This document shows, piece by piece, positions 37,401 through 45,528 of a stretch of DNA of 64,000 nucleotides. The stretch lies in contig JAUPSS010000007.1 in NCBI GenBank assembly GCA_040285825.1, forward strand, positions 458,501-522,500, in the 5' to 3' direction. Positions within the stretch are counted from its first letter, which is position 1, and every line of letters starts with the position of its first letter. This DNA comes from Eukaryota sp. TZLM1-RC. Its lineage: Eukaryota; Protista; Metamonada: BaSk clade. The position numbers and the translations under genes are program-made. Under the pieces are notes generated by a model. The model saw nothing but the letters and a program-made list of their open reading frames with translations. It was not told the origin of the DNA and did not search any database.

Positions 37401-37464
37401 CATTGAGATGAAAGTCGAGGAAGTGTTCCGAGTTTTAAATATTTTGAAAGACGTTGGAGTGTGA
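25486..37464 (+). CDS. RNF213/mysterin-like giant AAA+ protein (3992 aa, single exon) with an N-terminal CBM20-like domain
   Basis: N-terminal VEVVSSLAQW..FEYKY..WEEGNNR (CBM20 pattern). AAA modules occur in RNF213 order: SDFPGQGKT; PTILVGSAGVGKT/LFLDEVN/ICAINP/SLRD; PIILIGLPGTSKS/YQGS/LIMDEISL..NPLKCLHTVLE..FVGISN; GSQF..D/LFDILNKNY/LLNRLEK. Confidence 0.85.
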   Translation: MSIYFFAIGEDCRDRVEVVSSLAQWKPHHSYFVERVGYSRAFYRSFSFNEVVNFEYKYAECYEHSIKWEEGNNRLFHGVPSAPFVTDFFRFDSQKQLSPLDFLFSIADLINAASFDGAPNTVLNNVVPSFLRFCDHHIQSNRFQPDQNLIYVVNTILTFIPTSFPPLGHRFPDLLFLLTDEHFPRVIYHLDLSVSHDLHLLKQIHHRISSNSQLCKFTLPKYRVLTTPQIDNEVVSMFTHSFSASMHDVSLVSNILTNDLASPLAVGIGKLVYDLIPHFYLALELNQSITDCLYHHLGQFKVDYLAKFLFKNFRTEILDNSQLFDHTMSRIINDDLSHCYLLLLYSHLNNSKFLEGRLSQLKSSQVFRILLVLIEYFDLSSTTVSIIERLIHQSNPSELYKSLSRKVTQAISPHHPQSFSGFGKYAKILNALAEPLPDNNSVIDLGNPLLRFAYVIFSKDSLQCLDGIVERFEELNDSFDVTINEFNYLDNGHFQQLIDNIPPSLTALHHVERRISSEFNTMRDSIKAKRQVVNSVLNIAQALGLCTIEIRDLIAKLKDGHLSAKVVLEIPPSMVVSDVVALISEYIQGNGEVELYKRTSTLLSSHLFKYYRDKVLIQYNSPPNSSPSPNPNPSVVMVQEVLQNVLVFIGKLNSDRTPVESIVPVYECFTPKQLETEIKKLSVVNNSLTREPLLNLQAWSMRAQWSDIVALFYEIQKNNPRLNLRLDFGLEIPASIEGFTLLQEFRQLSESLQQVRIQTCDQCNFANPPLYLQLLTLLLNVNELYDVLDKRSDMATDVLMSKLFSSVVTSDSTNNNFLRLLNDRDSFYHMVLLPLFVSTEPITLSEFLVIVHEFIVTNGLHDAQLFTQFCADFTQVKVSAAIIDETIANAGSQSALLEIFSKTDFNSAMLLFDLENISVSLRVVTLGDQKTKILTDRFEHARAEAILQSKETLNRNNSKEDSSSVDSDKLELFENICSACDSILVINKELQDLAYPLIPNNNGQKLQEVAVIENDQYRGGESSIGVLSYKNQQQRKLNRWRGLIEDAQSGRFKGFNAHEIVKYIQGNDVDLKHIFGTIEQSNVVFDSNSSLENILQMFSCNDSPQDNGDMTFSLIYYKSKSCSHLFIDLLSIMREHSVNPDVRSILLCNSETSLSTLKAILFDSLDETRIVFGVNTLSYTVFEGLVSFINSSKPQFNVIFTGCNDSLPNAVPQILEFPAPNADLIEYCQSISKVISLLHSDFPGQGKTTVARQHCNVSLQLAGFITRKDTLKVLNKLSERKAKVMLHLNIQEPIDVMKGLFDLSKWNGHSLHLDNEDFYNLCLVVFSLSYLQGLRQDGELFLLKNYTKIYIELPSVRPDESWLDIFVQSVFPHASIIKHNVSYQPDGYVPVEEDEVLGGEVLKALKLLLPSEQPSFHMLFDREFAGFEPPHCEFWSYRLLTSIIRFAGRQLLYLNNDDQFKCIEDTQVNDGGHKARNLAQKKDATSVLLGFTRKVVTLSTPLKNQSLEDTGSLVISWRNMRQLMLGYGSQDHKPIVVPQALTTYVPQALKEMIAVQTQKPLNSSDLLVGAEVPEEEEDKRAMLRNFTHTDPFFEADLLQTQNLENFVLTNDNFMKMLLLALRLKANIPTILVGSAGVGKTHLLKYLCFVLFTLRNVPQNENQLKLQKQRINLFHDISVNAGTSFEEIKSAIQSVNKLARNLGTQSPEGLVQGEENECLFPVLFLDEVNSNDFLAKISFLITNRRFDGVKLDNRVRIICAINPFVKSCIEGNSKLYNVWECPLSLKLYMMDFGSLSQEDERVYVSKIAQKANLQHNDILAEVLVMVHTRLTEKTSHGFVRPKNVPWMVSLRDAVRVTRIIQKLIDVCGNLKSDHLFKRALCPETTFDAKERTKFIFLLSIWACYVLRVPNTNQQSSMLNAVSEKLNIGVNHLNNSLHHLFKLIDPKATFNVVPTKYFLENSMALFIAILSKTPIILIGLPGTSKSLSLSMLLTYLTTVTDRSIHRRIVTLLPHHYQGSHSATTESIQKVVNSINDAEESIQSRNDVVHALIMDEISLLLEAPANPLKCLHTVLEPRDTPIPKFSFVGISNNEFDAAPSSRSIVIQRDQPGINELEEIIKKMVGDENLKNSISKLVSGLHTRMNQLKRNFFGMRDSYQLAKFLELYITQDMESLLVRLMRAYGGLPVKNKLVRLIQKHFVDTIARKHFWQNSAVTVTKDSLLNTIRTAFVQSFRDNSPTSRHILAIGSVELVEAIVSSSDRAQDLVHITGSQFRKDAYNSTSYKQLSTITSAVNKGQLILLQGTSHLIGALFDILNKNYVKAEGEKGIARIALGTVANHLVEVHKNTKVIIVVTESELAKTPKALLNRLEKFNLTELIAEQSHIPEYLNSEFNRLGLQYTLPSLHDQSINQLRHSFLSQVHLLVLPQEKVDEILLDLANPLHCLQATNQDAIFDLINNNCGYLSLEQVLRKKSAENKDAIFVIALSNYFGSVNFDIDLYDHCAVTSIGSITTTDELVFKLDQEAKKLKKDSKNTRNSKNRCLFVVRIDGEESVHFYNVILQLDYIAASYNTADFALDIAVCLINPVDFYVSPLRTQQGSSLVYVDAVNYQSTLGNFSSLQDLINFDINRLDQYNLSGIFKNLVMRVFVTLDLPKPLLSLTHSFVLRLSQSPHSYLLNIFQRFIDLDIISADIDNVISYETTKIKESTVSGLLEKSVFTKFETKIRKFLMTLLPSNLLIPCCLSDDEFVDRLNLCLDSCFEQKRQSNAVNQLLPVQLSSTGDYQALGSHSTIPFIYHLCAILDHCIKQQIPENEWKQYFSVYLPIEICDIFHNADRNNLIRAVLGYFSHSHVICEYLISRGEFANGDFFDVGCQILKFLVDPDSIPRLSAFEYFKTFNPNVTVEFDSLASTAVCFLSEEAKPAVENIISTVNFNDINNSFSAILLNWLRVGLAHDCASDLICANEITSMEDLKQSLGLFISDITPNRTKLFGAIIQYIDTETLQYLILSCPTPELCGQILTLYFDLKISQILETRDHLFSFIDDVTAHCGPLFELNHNGNEQKFMQKYAFITSSLGTTFRFKYPDQWKTENLGVIVDRISQASHLCTLTLLSTAYYVVLDFLLENNSPLPIQVIQFSLDIGEPTKLYGAQSLLLKNLLAGYSEAEVSEKLVDLIQNSIGSRTEKEEILKLLTFNDPFFSPLFHDTDWSEDPELMSQIEAVKAGRFSLSDPINGTQLKTILAVKDLNILRANEVIAEFCSNFNEYRYLLVCVAETLSIPVFDDFLKLDFTQLDRSIIPTLLPHSAIAKYYFTSDPNARSIVYCANCFARIATTATGTITHIPPGKLAGSVTDRFCPQSSGCQGFNRQEVGDYRQYNDWLLNATVSNWSSGVVHLNTEVLNFSDDFKVVLNIQDTESYLVGHCLVICLLIAKNLIDFNFAIYLCYKLEEDNPVAYLRDSLYKCLASYAQLLGIKTVPEAANILANKIRQFVRFNQSFVCSNFGNRMNLEHQLYDFIKSLPNEPLPKARIQVLSVAQNLVQLSPESLVSSGLTTEAITSIIATLTPITPPPDRGLPLPDIDDLSEEESIFDINQNDRVYLVAAAYLPPLLQFISKARAFASQYLENQVSRMRISDFVNNGNSQIFTEFNHNFRRFYQILQSKNLHRLRVGNRAVHLPYEFNLHQNLKHILLDDAQSCSLFPFINTIITRHNRITKLFSLTTKSIFEFNDQSFSEVQVTEKSMFLHPFSNSFVNSDLVYLGLLIKNSVRNYISEITKTNYKLSNTSDLYSLVPEVSQILGYMTRDSIDTYDNHNLKYSLQSLDFKSKLNNYSSLAIILHTIRLIEQVENPEISISQFIEANALTSNFDSCFTKTFGGMALLEVPSLMSAVESSFSIKDLVDNVDPEIVNQQAAIPWELTQKIVNLAESDAKILFHQLKAFVLRKILTGSIQKSQLQSKIGDLCIYSGPYSEDHEVTSLFIEMKVEEVFRVLNILKDVGV

Positions 37465-38673
37465 TCATTTGTACATATTTTGAAATAAATTTTGTTTATA
37501 ATTCTCCGTTTTTTGATGGTTTTTGAGTGTCAGTGTGACCATTATACCTCAAAATTAAAATGATTGTTAAAACCGTGTTTTTGAAAACCCAGATTAACTA
37601 ATGACAACTTACACTAAAAAATCAAAATTTTGTCTAAAAAAATGACCGAAATTGTAATCCACATCGTATTCTGGGCGGGTGCGATTTCGGGTAATTGTTG
37701 AAAATTACACTCGATGCCACATATTCAAGCTTCAATAGTGGCGATTTAAAATCAAAAACGCTGCAGCGAGCAATCAATCGTTTTGTTCTTTCAGCCAAAT
37801 TCTTGAAAAAATTCATTCAAAAAAACTATTTCATGCGGCTAGATGTCTGTTTATTATATTTATGTCTTTCAATATTTACCAGAAAATTTTACACGGTGAG
37901 AACAAGTGAAAACTGCAGCGTAATATCAAATTACGAATTATTGATGTTTTTTGGTTCTATCGTATGTTCATTATTAGCTTATTACTTTATTCTTTCGGAA
38001 TCTTATACACGAATTTCAATTTTAAATGTACTTATTTTTTACTGAAGTCATTGTACAAGTCTGGGAGTTGGTTTTCAAAATTCTAAAAACAGAATGAAAT
38101 CTGCAGTAACCACAACGTGAGCTCGCTTATCTCTACAGAATTCATGTTCACAATCAAAACACATTTGATAACAGTGGTTTTCCAAAAGATTCAATTCTAT
38201 GAGACCAACATCTCGAATTCAATTGGTCTATTACAGCCTCGTGAGTCTTGTTCCTAAAGGTAATAAAATGTGTGGAATTAACGATTTATGTGAGGCGTAG
38301 TTTCTGCTCTTATGTTTTAGATAAAGGACGTCTCTTCCTAAGATGATATGTATGGAAGATTTAGAAACTCACAATATAGAGGAAATTGATATAATATGGA
38401 CTACCAACAAATGATAGTGAATACACTTATTCAATTTTCTAGTAATTATCTGGTCATTTGAAGGAATGTAGTCTCACATACAAAGTCAAAGTAGAATCAT
38501 AATGATGTATAGTATAATTGATGAATGGTAGTTGTCGAAGCTGAAGACTTAGTACTAATGGACCTCCAAGAACTTTAACAATCATTGGATATTTTACTTT
38601 TCATATAACCTTACATATAAAACTTCAACCCTCAAGGTAGTACAACTCCCAACAAGTTTTTGTTCTGTTTTGA

Positions 38674-41600
38674 ATGTCCTACTCCACACGCTCCAGGGCT
38701 CGAAGCAAACCAGTCTACTCTCCTATTAGTACTCGTCGTAGATCGCTTCGCTCCACATCCCAAGCACGTGAATCAAAGCCCTTTCCAACAGAGTCTTATG
38801 ACAGTGATTTTGACGAGTCCCTCACATATACTGTCCGTGATTCTGTAACTCCTTTATCTTCAGAGTTTTCACAGCCCCTTTCCTCTGCTGATGACTCCCC
38901 CTCCACACCTGGAACAAGAAGGAGTCCAAACCCTGACCTCAACACCAACACTTCAAATTCTGTCAAGCGTCGTTCCAAGACTCTTCCTCCTTCTGAAACT
39001 CCTCTACGTAAGTTAACCAAGCTCTCAGACTCTGAACCTTCTGAACCACTTACGGATCTCTTTGATAACTCCCAAAATCCTCAACAAAAACCTACAACGG
39101 AAACTGATGACGAGTCTGTTTTGACTGTCAGTTCAGAATCTGAATATCATGCCAGTCAGCATCATGATCAAGAAAGTGATTGGTCCTCAGAAGTCAAGAC
39201 CAGAGCTCAAAGAAGGAGACCAAAAGGTCAAAAACGATCAAAAGGCCCCACTTTAAGAGATCGGCAAAAACTAAAAAAACCTCAATTATCACTTAAAAAT
39301 TCATTATCATCTTTATGGCCTACTAGGTCAAAATACGGAGGACTTTTGAAAAATTCCAGAGAAAAAGATGCTTGTGAAAGCTCAGAAGATGAGTCTCAAA
39401 AACAATCAACTCCTATAGACGTAATCAAACCTATCAAATTTGATGGTCATGATTGGTCAAGCGTTGGGGGTTTAAAACACGTGATACGGTCCTTAACAGA
39501 GACCATAATTCTACCATTGTTATACCCTGATATTTACTCTTCTTTTAATGTTCCTTCACCCAAAGGTGTGCTATTGGTTGGACCTTCAGGTTTGTTTCTA
39601 ACCCTCTGACTGTTACTAATTTTAGGCACAGGAAAGACACTAGTTGCTCGAACAGTGGCGGCAGTCACGGGACTCAACTTCTTTATTCGCAAAGGAAGCG
39701 ATATCATGTCTAAGTACGTAGGAGAGGCTGAGCGTCAGTTACGGCTTATGTTCCAGGCTGCCAAGGAATATGCCCCTTGCGTCATTTTCTTTGACGAAAT
39801 TGATGGTCTTGCTCCACCAAGGGCTAGCCGTAGTGATAATCATTATAGCTCTGTTGTAGCGACCTTGCTTGCATTGCTTGATGGCATAGAAGATAGAGGG
39901 AATGTTTTGGTAATGGCAGCGACAAATAGGCCAGACAATATTGACCCTGCTTTGAGAAGACCAGGCAGGTTTGACCGTGAGCTCTATTTTGATCTTCCAG
40001 ACGAATCAGGCAGGCTCGAAATATTAAAAATTTTCACCCAGAAATGGGCTCATCAACCACATCCTAATCTCTTAGTTTCTCTGGCCAAGCAAACGATTGG
40101 CTACAGTGGAGCAGATCTTAAAGCTCTCTGTTCAGAAGCTGTGGTCAATTGTATAAGAAGATCTTTTCCTGAGGCCTATGTCTGTAGCAAACGACTGACC
40201 ATAAGTAATAAGAAATTTCTGGTAAATGATGTTGACTTTAAAATTGCTTTTTCTAGAATTGTGGCAACATGTGAACGCTCAGTCGGGAAGAGCTCAAGAA
40301 AGGATCATACGTGTTATGACGTTTTGTGGTCGAATTTTTTAACTAATATGACAAGCTCAATCAATCAAAAATTGATTGATTATTCTGATTGTACTAAGCC
40401 CAGTTTTAATACTACACCCGGGGGATCTGGTTTAATAATAAACCAAGAGCAAAAACAATTGATTTTAAATTCAGAAGCTCAAAAATGGTTTGGATTGGTT
40501 CAAAATCATTCAAGAAGTCAAAGTAGTTCTTCTCTTTTAAAATGCTGCATTCGATCAGAAGATTTAGAATCAGCAGAACTGGCAATGAATTTATTTATAA
40601 AAAGGACGAATATTGCTAAAGTTGTTAACCTTTCCTTACCAAGTCTTTTGGAAAATAATAGCTCGTCAATAGAGTTTACGCTTTCTGATAAAGTCAAGGT
40701 TATTTTGAACTCTCAGACTCCATGTATTATACAACTATCAAATTTGATTGGTTGGTGGGACAATGTTTCGGTGGTTTGCAGGGAACTTTTAACTGATTTT
40801 TTCAGACGATCTTTCTTATTGCAAACTCGAGCTCTATTTGTTACCACTGTCGAAAGCTCTAATGATAATAATTTAGATTTGGATTTCTTTTTTACCTCAA
40901 ATTGTACACTATTTGAATTAAGTTTTCCTGAAATAGCAACAAATGATTTTGTTTTGTTTTTTAATTTCATCATCGACCAAGAACTGTCAAAATTTCAAAC
41001 ATTTGAAGATTTAAATATTCCTTTAAATGATGAAGTTTTGGATAGTTTGAAGGATCCTACCGCTGTTTTGTCTGTGGCTGACGAGAGACAAGTCGAAAAT
41101 TTGAAAGAGGAAAAGGAAAAGATCACCAGAAAATTGAGGCTTGAATTTAGAGAAGTTTTGCGATATTTGATGTCAAGATATTCAAATTTTATTGAATTTG
41201 AAGGTGCTGAGCTTAATTTGCTTCAAATTTTGACTAATGTCGATGATGATCTCTATTCCACTGTAGACCAGTTCGTTCAGGCCGTTTTATCGATGATTGA
41301 GGCTTATAGTAAAATTATTGTTGAAATGGAGCTTTCTACAATTGAACGTAAAATGCTCAATTCTAGACTTAAAGATTTTTCTGATGCTTTTCATGAACGA
41401 CTGGAATTCATACCAAAGAAATTCACCGAAAAAGCAGAAGAATTAGCTGAACAAATGAAACTTCAAGAGAAAGTCTCTGAAAGTCAACAGAATTCCATTG
41501 ACTGTAGTCTAATGGAAAATGACGTTAATTTGTTAAGTTCTCAGCCACTTGAACCATTGGGAATTGATTCTAAAGAATTGATTATGGCAATGGGGTCCAA

Positions 41601-41751
41601 ATTGGCAGTCATTTGCGTTGGAAAATCATTTTCTTTTGTAGATAACATTAGATTCAGGCTTGTGTTGTTTTTACAGAAAATGTCTCACAATGTGATGTCT
41701 CCTGATGTGTTGGCTGCTGAAATTGATCATTTCGTTCTTTCCGTTTCTTAA
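38674..41751 (+). CDS. ATAD2/Yta7-like AAA+ ATPase; join(38674..39589,39626..41751), ~1013 aa
   Basis: A 36-nt intron restores Walker A GPSGTGKT. Motifs FFIRKGSDIMSKYVGEAERQLRLMF, IFFDEIDGLAP, ALRRPGRFDRELYF. Acidic/Ser-rich N-terminus, degenerate second AAA and a bromodomain-like remnant. Confidence 0.88.
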
Positions 41752-42055
41752 TTGTTTTCAAACAAGTTTCTAGATTGAAATAATAAATTTCAAAATGATT
41801 ATGTTTGATTCTCTATTATTACCCATTACATCATAAATATTTCAACATTAATCAGAAATCAATGGTAGTTGAAACGGGACCATAGAGAATTCAAAACTCT
41901 TTTTTTAAAAACATCTTAAATGGAACCAATTTCACTTGTGGAAACTGTTAGTCAATTGATTTTCGCAACCTATTGATATTCATGAGGGTACACAACATTG
42001 TGATGAAGTGAAACAATACTACTGAAGAAATTTATGAACATGAATATAATTCTAT

Positions 42056-43024
42056 TTAAGCTCCAACTATTGCAAAGGGAGGAGGCATAACACGGTCTTC
42101 AGAAATCAATTTACCACAATTTGAGTTCATGGCAGGCCCAGAACTGGATGATGATATCTGCCCTTTGTCCTCTAATATCTCTGCCAAGACAGATAAGAGT
42201 TTGTCAACTCCAGAAGATTTCAATGGTGTAATATGGCCAAACTTTTGTCTTAATCGAAAGAGCACAATATTGAATCCTTCTACCCGAAAATGACTTTCTT
42301 TCGCCATCAACATCAAAACTAAGACACCGTCTGCATTATCATCTAGTTTTTTGCGCTCGTTCTTTGTTATATCACGATTGGTGCCAGAAGGATTGTAAGG
42401 CATTTTTCCAACCAGCATTTCATAGAAAATAACTCCAATAGCGAAATAATCATCAGCAGGACCATACGATTTATCATTCGTGAACATTTCGGGGGGATGA
42501 TATGGCGGAGTCATGGCACTTTGAAAAGGATTTTCAGAGATGGCTTTAAATGAAGCAAGTCTATCAAAGTCACAGATGACAACATTGTTTTCATCATCCA
42601 AAAGTATGTTCTCAGGCTTTAAATCACGATAAGCAAGTTTCTTTGAGTGTAAGAACTGAATTCCTTCCACAAGTTGCCACAAGATCTTTCTTGCACAGTG
42701 TTTCTCCAAGGGTACACCTTTGTTGGGAGTACAACGTTGAGAAACACCGTAAATCAAAGTTGCAAGGTTTTTGGGATAGTACCTCATCACAACATAGAAT
42801 TTATCCCCGTGACGAAAAGCATCAAGAATTGAACACAAGGAATCATGTTGTTGCGTCACTGCTTTGATAGCTTTGAATCGCTGTTCCTTCTCTTCAATTC
42901 CACGAGAGATGACTTTGATACAATAAACCTTTCCGTTTCGGATAGCTTTGTAGACCGCTCCGTCAGCTCCCTTTCCAACAAGAGTAGGATCACTGTAAAC
43001 AGGAATAAGGATGGAAGATGTCAT
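42056..43024 (-). CDS. Ser/Thr protein kinase, atypical (YRD/DFD/PPE), copy A
   Basis: Motifs GKGADG, YCIK, YRDLKPENILL, CDFD, TPPYHPPE, DYFAIGVIFYEM. ATG (MTSS) at 43024. Confidence 0.88.
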   Translation of the reverse strand: MTSSILIPVYSDPTLVGKGADGAVYKAIRNGKVYCIKVISRGIEEKEQRFKAIKAVTQQHDSLCSILDAFRHGDKFYVVMRYYPKNLATLIYGVSQRCTPNKGVPLEKHCARKILWQLVEGIQFLHSKKLAYRDLKPENILLDDENNVVICDFDRLASFKAISENPFQSAMTPPYHPPEMFTNDKSYGPADDYFAIGVIFYEMLVGKMPYNPSGTNRDITKNERKKLDDNADGVLVLMLMAKESHFRVEGFNIVLFRLRQKFGHITPLKSSGVDKLLSVLAEILEDKGQISSSSSGPAMNSNCGKLISEDRVMPPPFAIVGA

Positions 43025-43540
43025 GAACACAAGAAAGACAGCGAAAAATTCGTTTTTTCGTCCAAATATTCGTCCTGAAAATCATCACTTTTTTGTTGGA
43101 TACCCGAATGATTTTTGTTCTTGATGAAACTAGATTTCTCAGTCTTTACACATCTCATTATTCCAGTATAAGTCTATATTCGTACGGCTTTTAGCTCAAA
43201 TTCAATTAAATCGGAAATAAATGGTATTTGTAACGGGACTTCATTTACAACTATAACAATCATGAGTTCTTTTTGTTGTAAAAGAGTAACAACTTGCGAA
43301 TCACCAATCTTGCAAGATGGAATTATAGGTGAGGTGCAATAGAAAAGTAACCGCTGGGTTTTTTTAATGAATTTGTTCAACGATAAAAGAAGGCCAAATT
43401 TCCCTAATTTGTACGATATACTGTAAATTTATTTACTCTTTTTGAAAACAATACTTTCCGCAAAACAAAACTATTCAACATCCAAAACTCCCTATAATTG
43501 GAAAAAACCTAAAATTAAAAGAAAAAACAGTTGTTAAATT

Positions 43541-44697
43541 AAAACTTACATGTTGTGTGATCAACACCTCATCAAAAATCCTATAATAAACCAATGATTT
43601 TAGAAAGTTTTCAAAATTTGAAGTTTCATTTTTCTTGTGTCCATAGCATCACCTGTAGTGATAAAGAGAATGGTATGGTCATGATTCGTGGCAATAGATC
43701 CTCTTTGTCAACCACCGCACTCTCGCACGCAACCTCGATCCGTTGAGAAGACATTGAGATAAACAAAGAAAACAATCAAGCTACTTTTAGCTTAAATGAC
43801 CGGAAATGCCGAAACAATTCCTTCTGGAACTGTATTTGGTATAAGAATTAACAAAAAAACTCAATTGTAGATTAATGGTAACGAAATACTGAACTCCAGT
43901 TCATACACTCCAAATCACTCGTACATGGAGACCTCAAGCCAGAGAAAATTCATGTTGTCAATGTACAAGTCAAATTAGCTGACTTTGGAACCTCCAGGAC
44001 TATTGCAAAGACTTCCACGGCTACCAATCTTTCATGTACAGTACGATATGCCGCGTTAGAACAGCTTGATAACAAAGTGTCTCTTGCCTCTGACATCTAT
44101 GCTATTGGTACTGTCCTGTATAAAGTGATGTGTAATTAAAGACCATTTGAAGCAGTGACTCATAATGGGCTTTGAGTGAACAACTTCCTCGTACTTTGGA
44201 AGATAAAAGGAAGAGTGAAGAAGAGTAAATGAGTGCTTCGGTGGCCAATAAATCAGCATCAGGTTTGGAATCAACTTAGATCCCTCTGTTAAAAAAAAGA
44301 GAGCAAGGAGCAACAACACAGAGGTAGTTATTTCATGGAAGCAACAAGTGGACAAGACATTGAGGATGTTACTGGGAGTTTTAGAAACAACGGCAAAACG
44401 AGATAAACAGTGGCAACGTGTGACATATTGGCCGACCTGGGACAGCTTGTCAGAAGTCTATCGAAGGACACGCCTCTGTTACACTATGTGACAATTGAAG
44501 AGCAGGTGAATCATCAGAGATGAGAACTTAATCTAGTTGAAACATAAGAGAGCATGGCGTACTACGACAGTGGTGGGGCAAACGGTGGCAGTTGTAAGAT
44601 TTCAACGGTACAATGAGATGCATCAGAGGTGCTGATATTAAAGGTAAGGCATCAACGGGCAATTGACGTGGTATTGATCACACAACATGTAAGTTTT
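43541..44697. repeat. 28-bp inverted-repeat-bounded cassette, unit A
   Basis: IR at 43541-43568 and 44670-44697 (1 mismatch). Confidence 0.75.
43890..44140 (+). pseudogene. Kinase catalytic-domain fragment (HGDLKPE, DFG, RYAALE, SDIYAIG), unit A
   Basis: Subdomains VIb-IX only, flanked by stops. Confidence 0.75.
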
Positions 44698-44809
44698 GCA
44701 GGAAGCATCCTCTTTGTAAGGAGGAACAAAGGCTAAAGTATGTAATTTGGGCAAAAAGTCATGATGACGTGGCAAAAGTGTATTTCGATGATTGTATGGC
44801 TAAAAACAA

Positions 44810-45227
44810 TTTTTTTTAATTTGTTTTTTTAAGAACCTAAAAATCAACATCAAAATAATCCATCTCTCCAAAAACAAAAAAAACTAGATGCAAATTAACA
44901 GAATTAACCAGCCTTTCATTTGAGGCATTACAAGGATCAACAGACATTACATCCAATAAAATGAAGGTGTCATCTAATCTAGGTAATATGACCTCACCTC
45001 TATTATTCTTATCAAAATCATCTTTAGTATTAAATTTGACAACAGAAGTTCCAAAAAAAATTCAATTCTATGAGACTTACACATACAATATAGTTGGTCT
45101 ATATATGTATATATATTGCTTCTGAAAGTGATAAAATGTTTACAATTTAACAAATGAGTAATTGTAAATTTTCGAGAACATTTTCAAATTAAAATAATGA
45201 GGTAAAATATCAGGCAAGATCAAGGAA
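44810..45227 (-). mobile_element. Internally deleted family A non-LTR fragment, specific to unit A
   Basis: Matches 340-390 and 700-1037. Absent at the homologous sites in units B (~52960) and C (~58713). Confidence 0.8.
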
Positions 45228-45528
45228 CAAACAAATTGGTCACGTAAAGAACAGATGAAAATCAACAGCTTAATATACCAGCCCATTAAACCTTAACGAC
45301 TAGATGCAATATGATCATATAGTGGTATGAGAAGATTTATTGCATGAGAAATCATCTCCACCATAAATGAAACTCTGATGATCTTACTTACTATTCCCCA
45401 ACAAAATGCCATTATTAGAGTCCGCGAGCTTCAGCTTCTTCAATGGTGCATTTCTTTATCAAGATTTCCAAAGTAGTATTCATTTCATTAGTGTAAGACC
45501 GATGCAATAAATAACAGTTAATTTCCAG

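Noticed and set aside
37634-37816. UBC/E2-like remnant (VIFNNYPKSHPPRIRC) next to the RNF213-like gene
   Set aside because: The similarity is only a YP..PP pattern; there is no HPN or catalytic Cys context.
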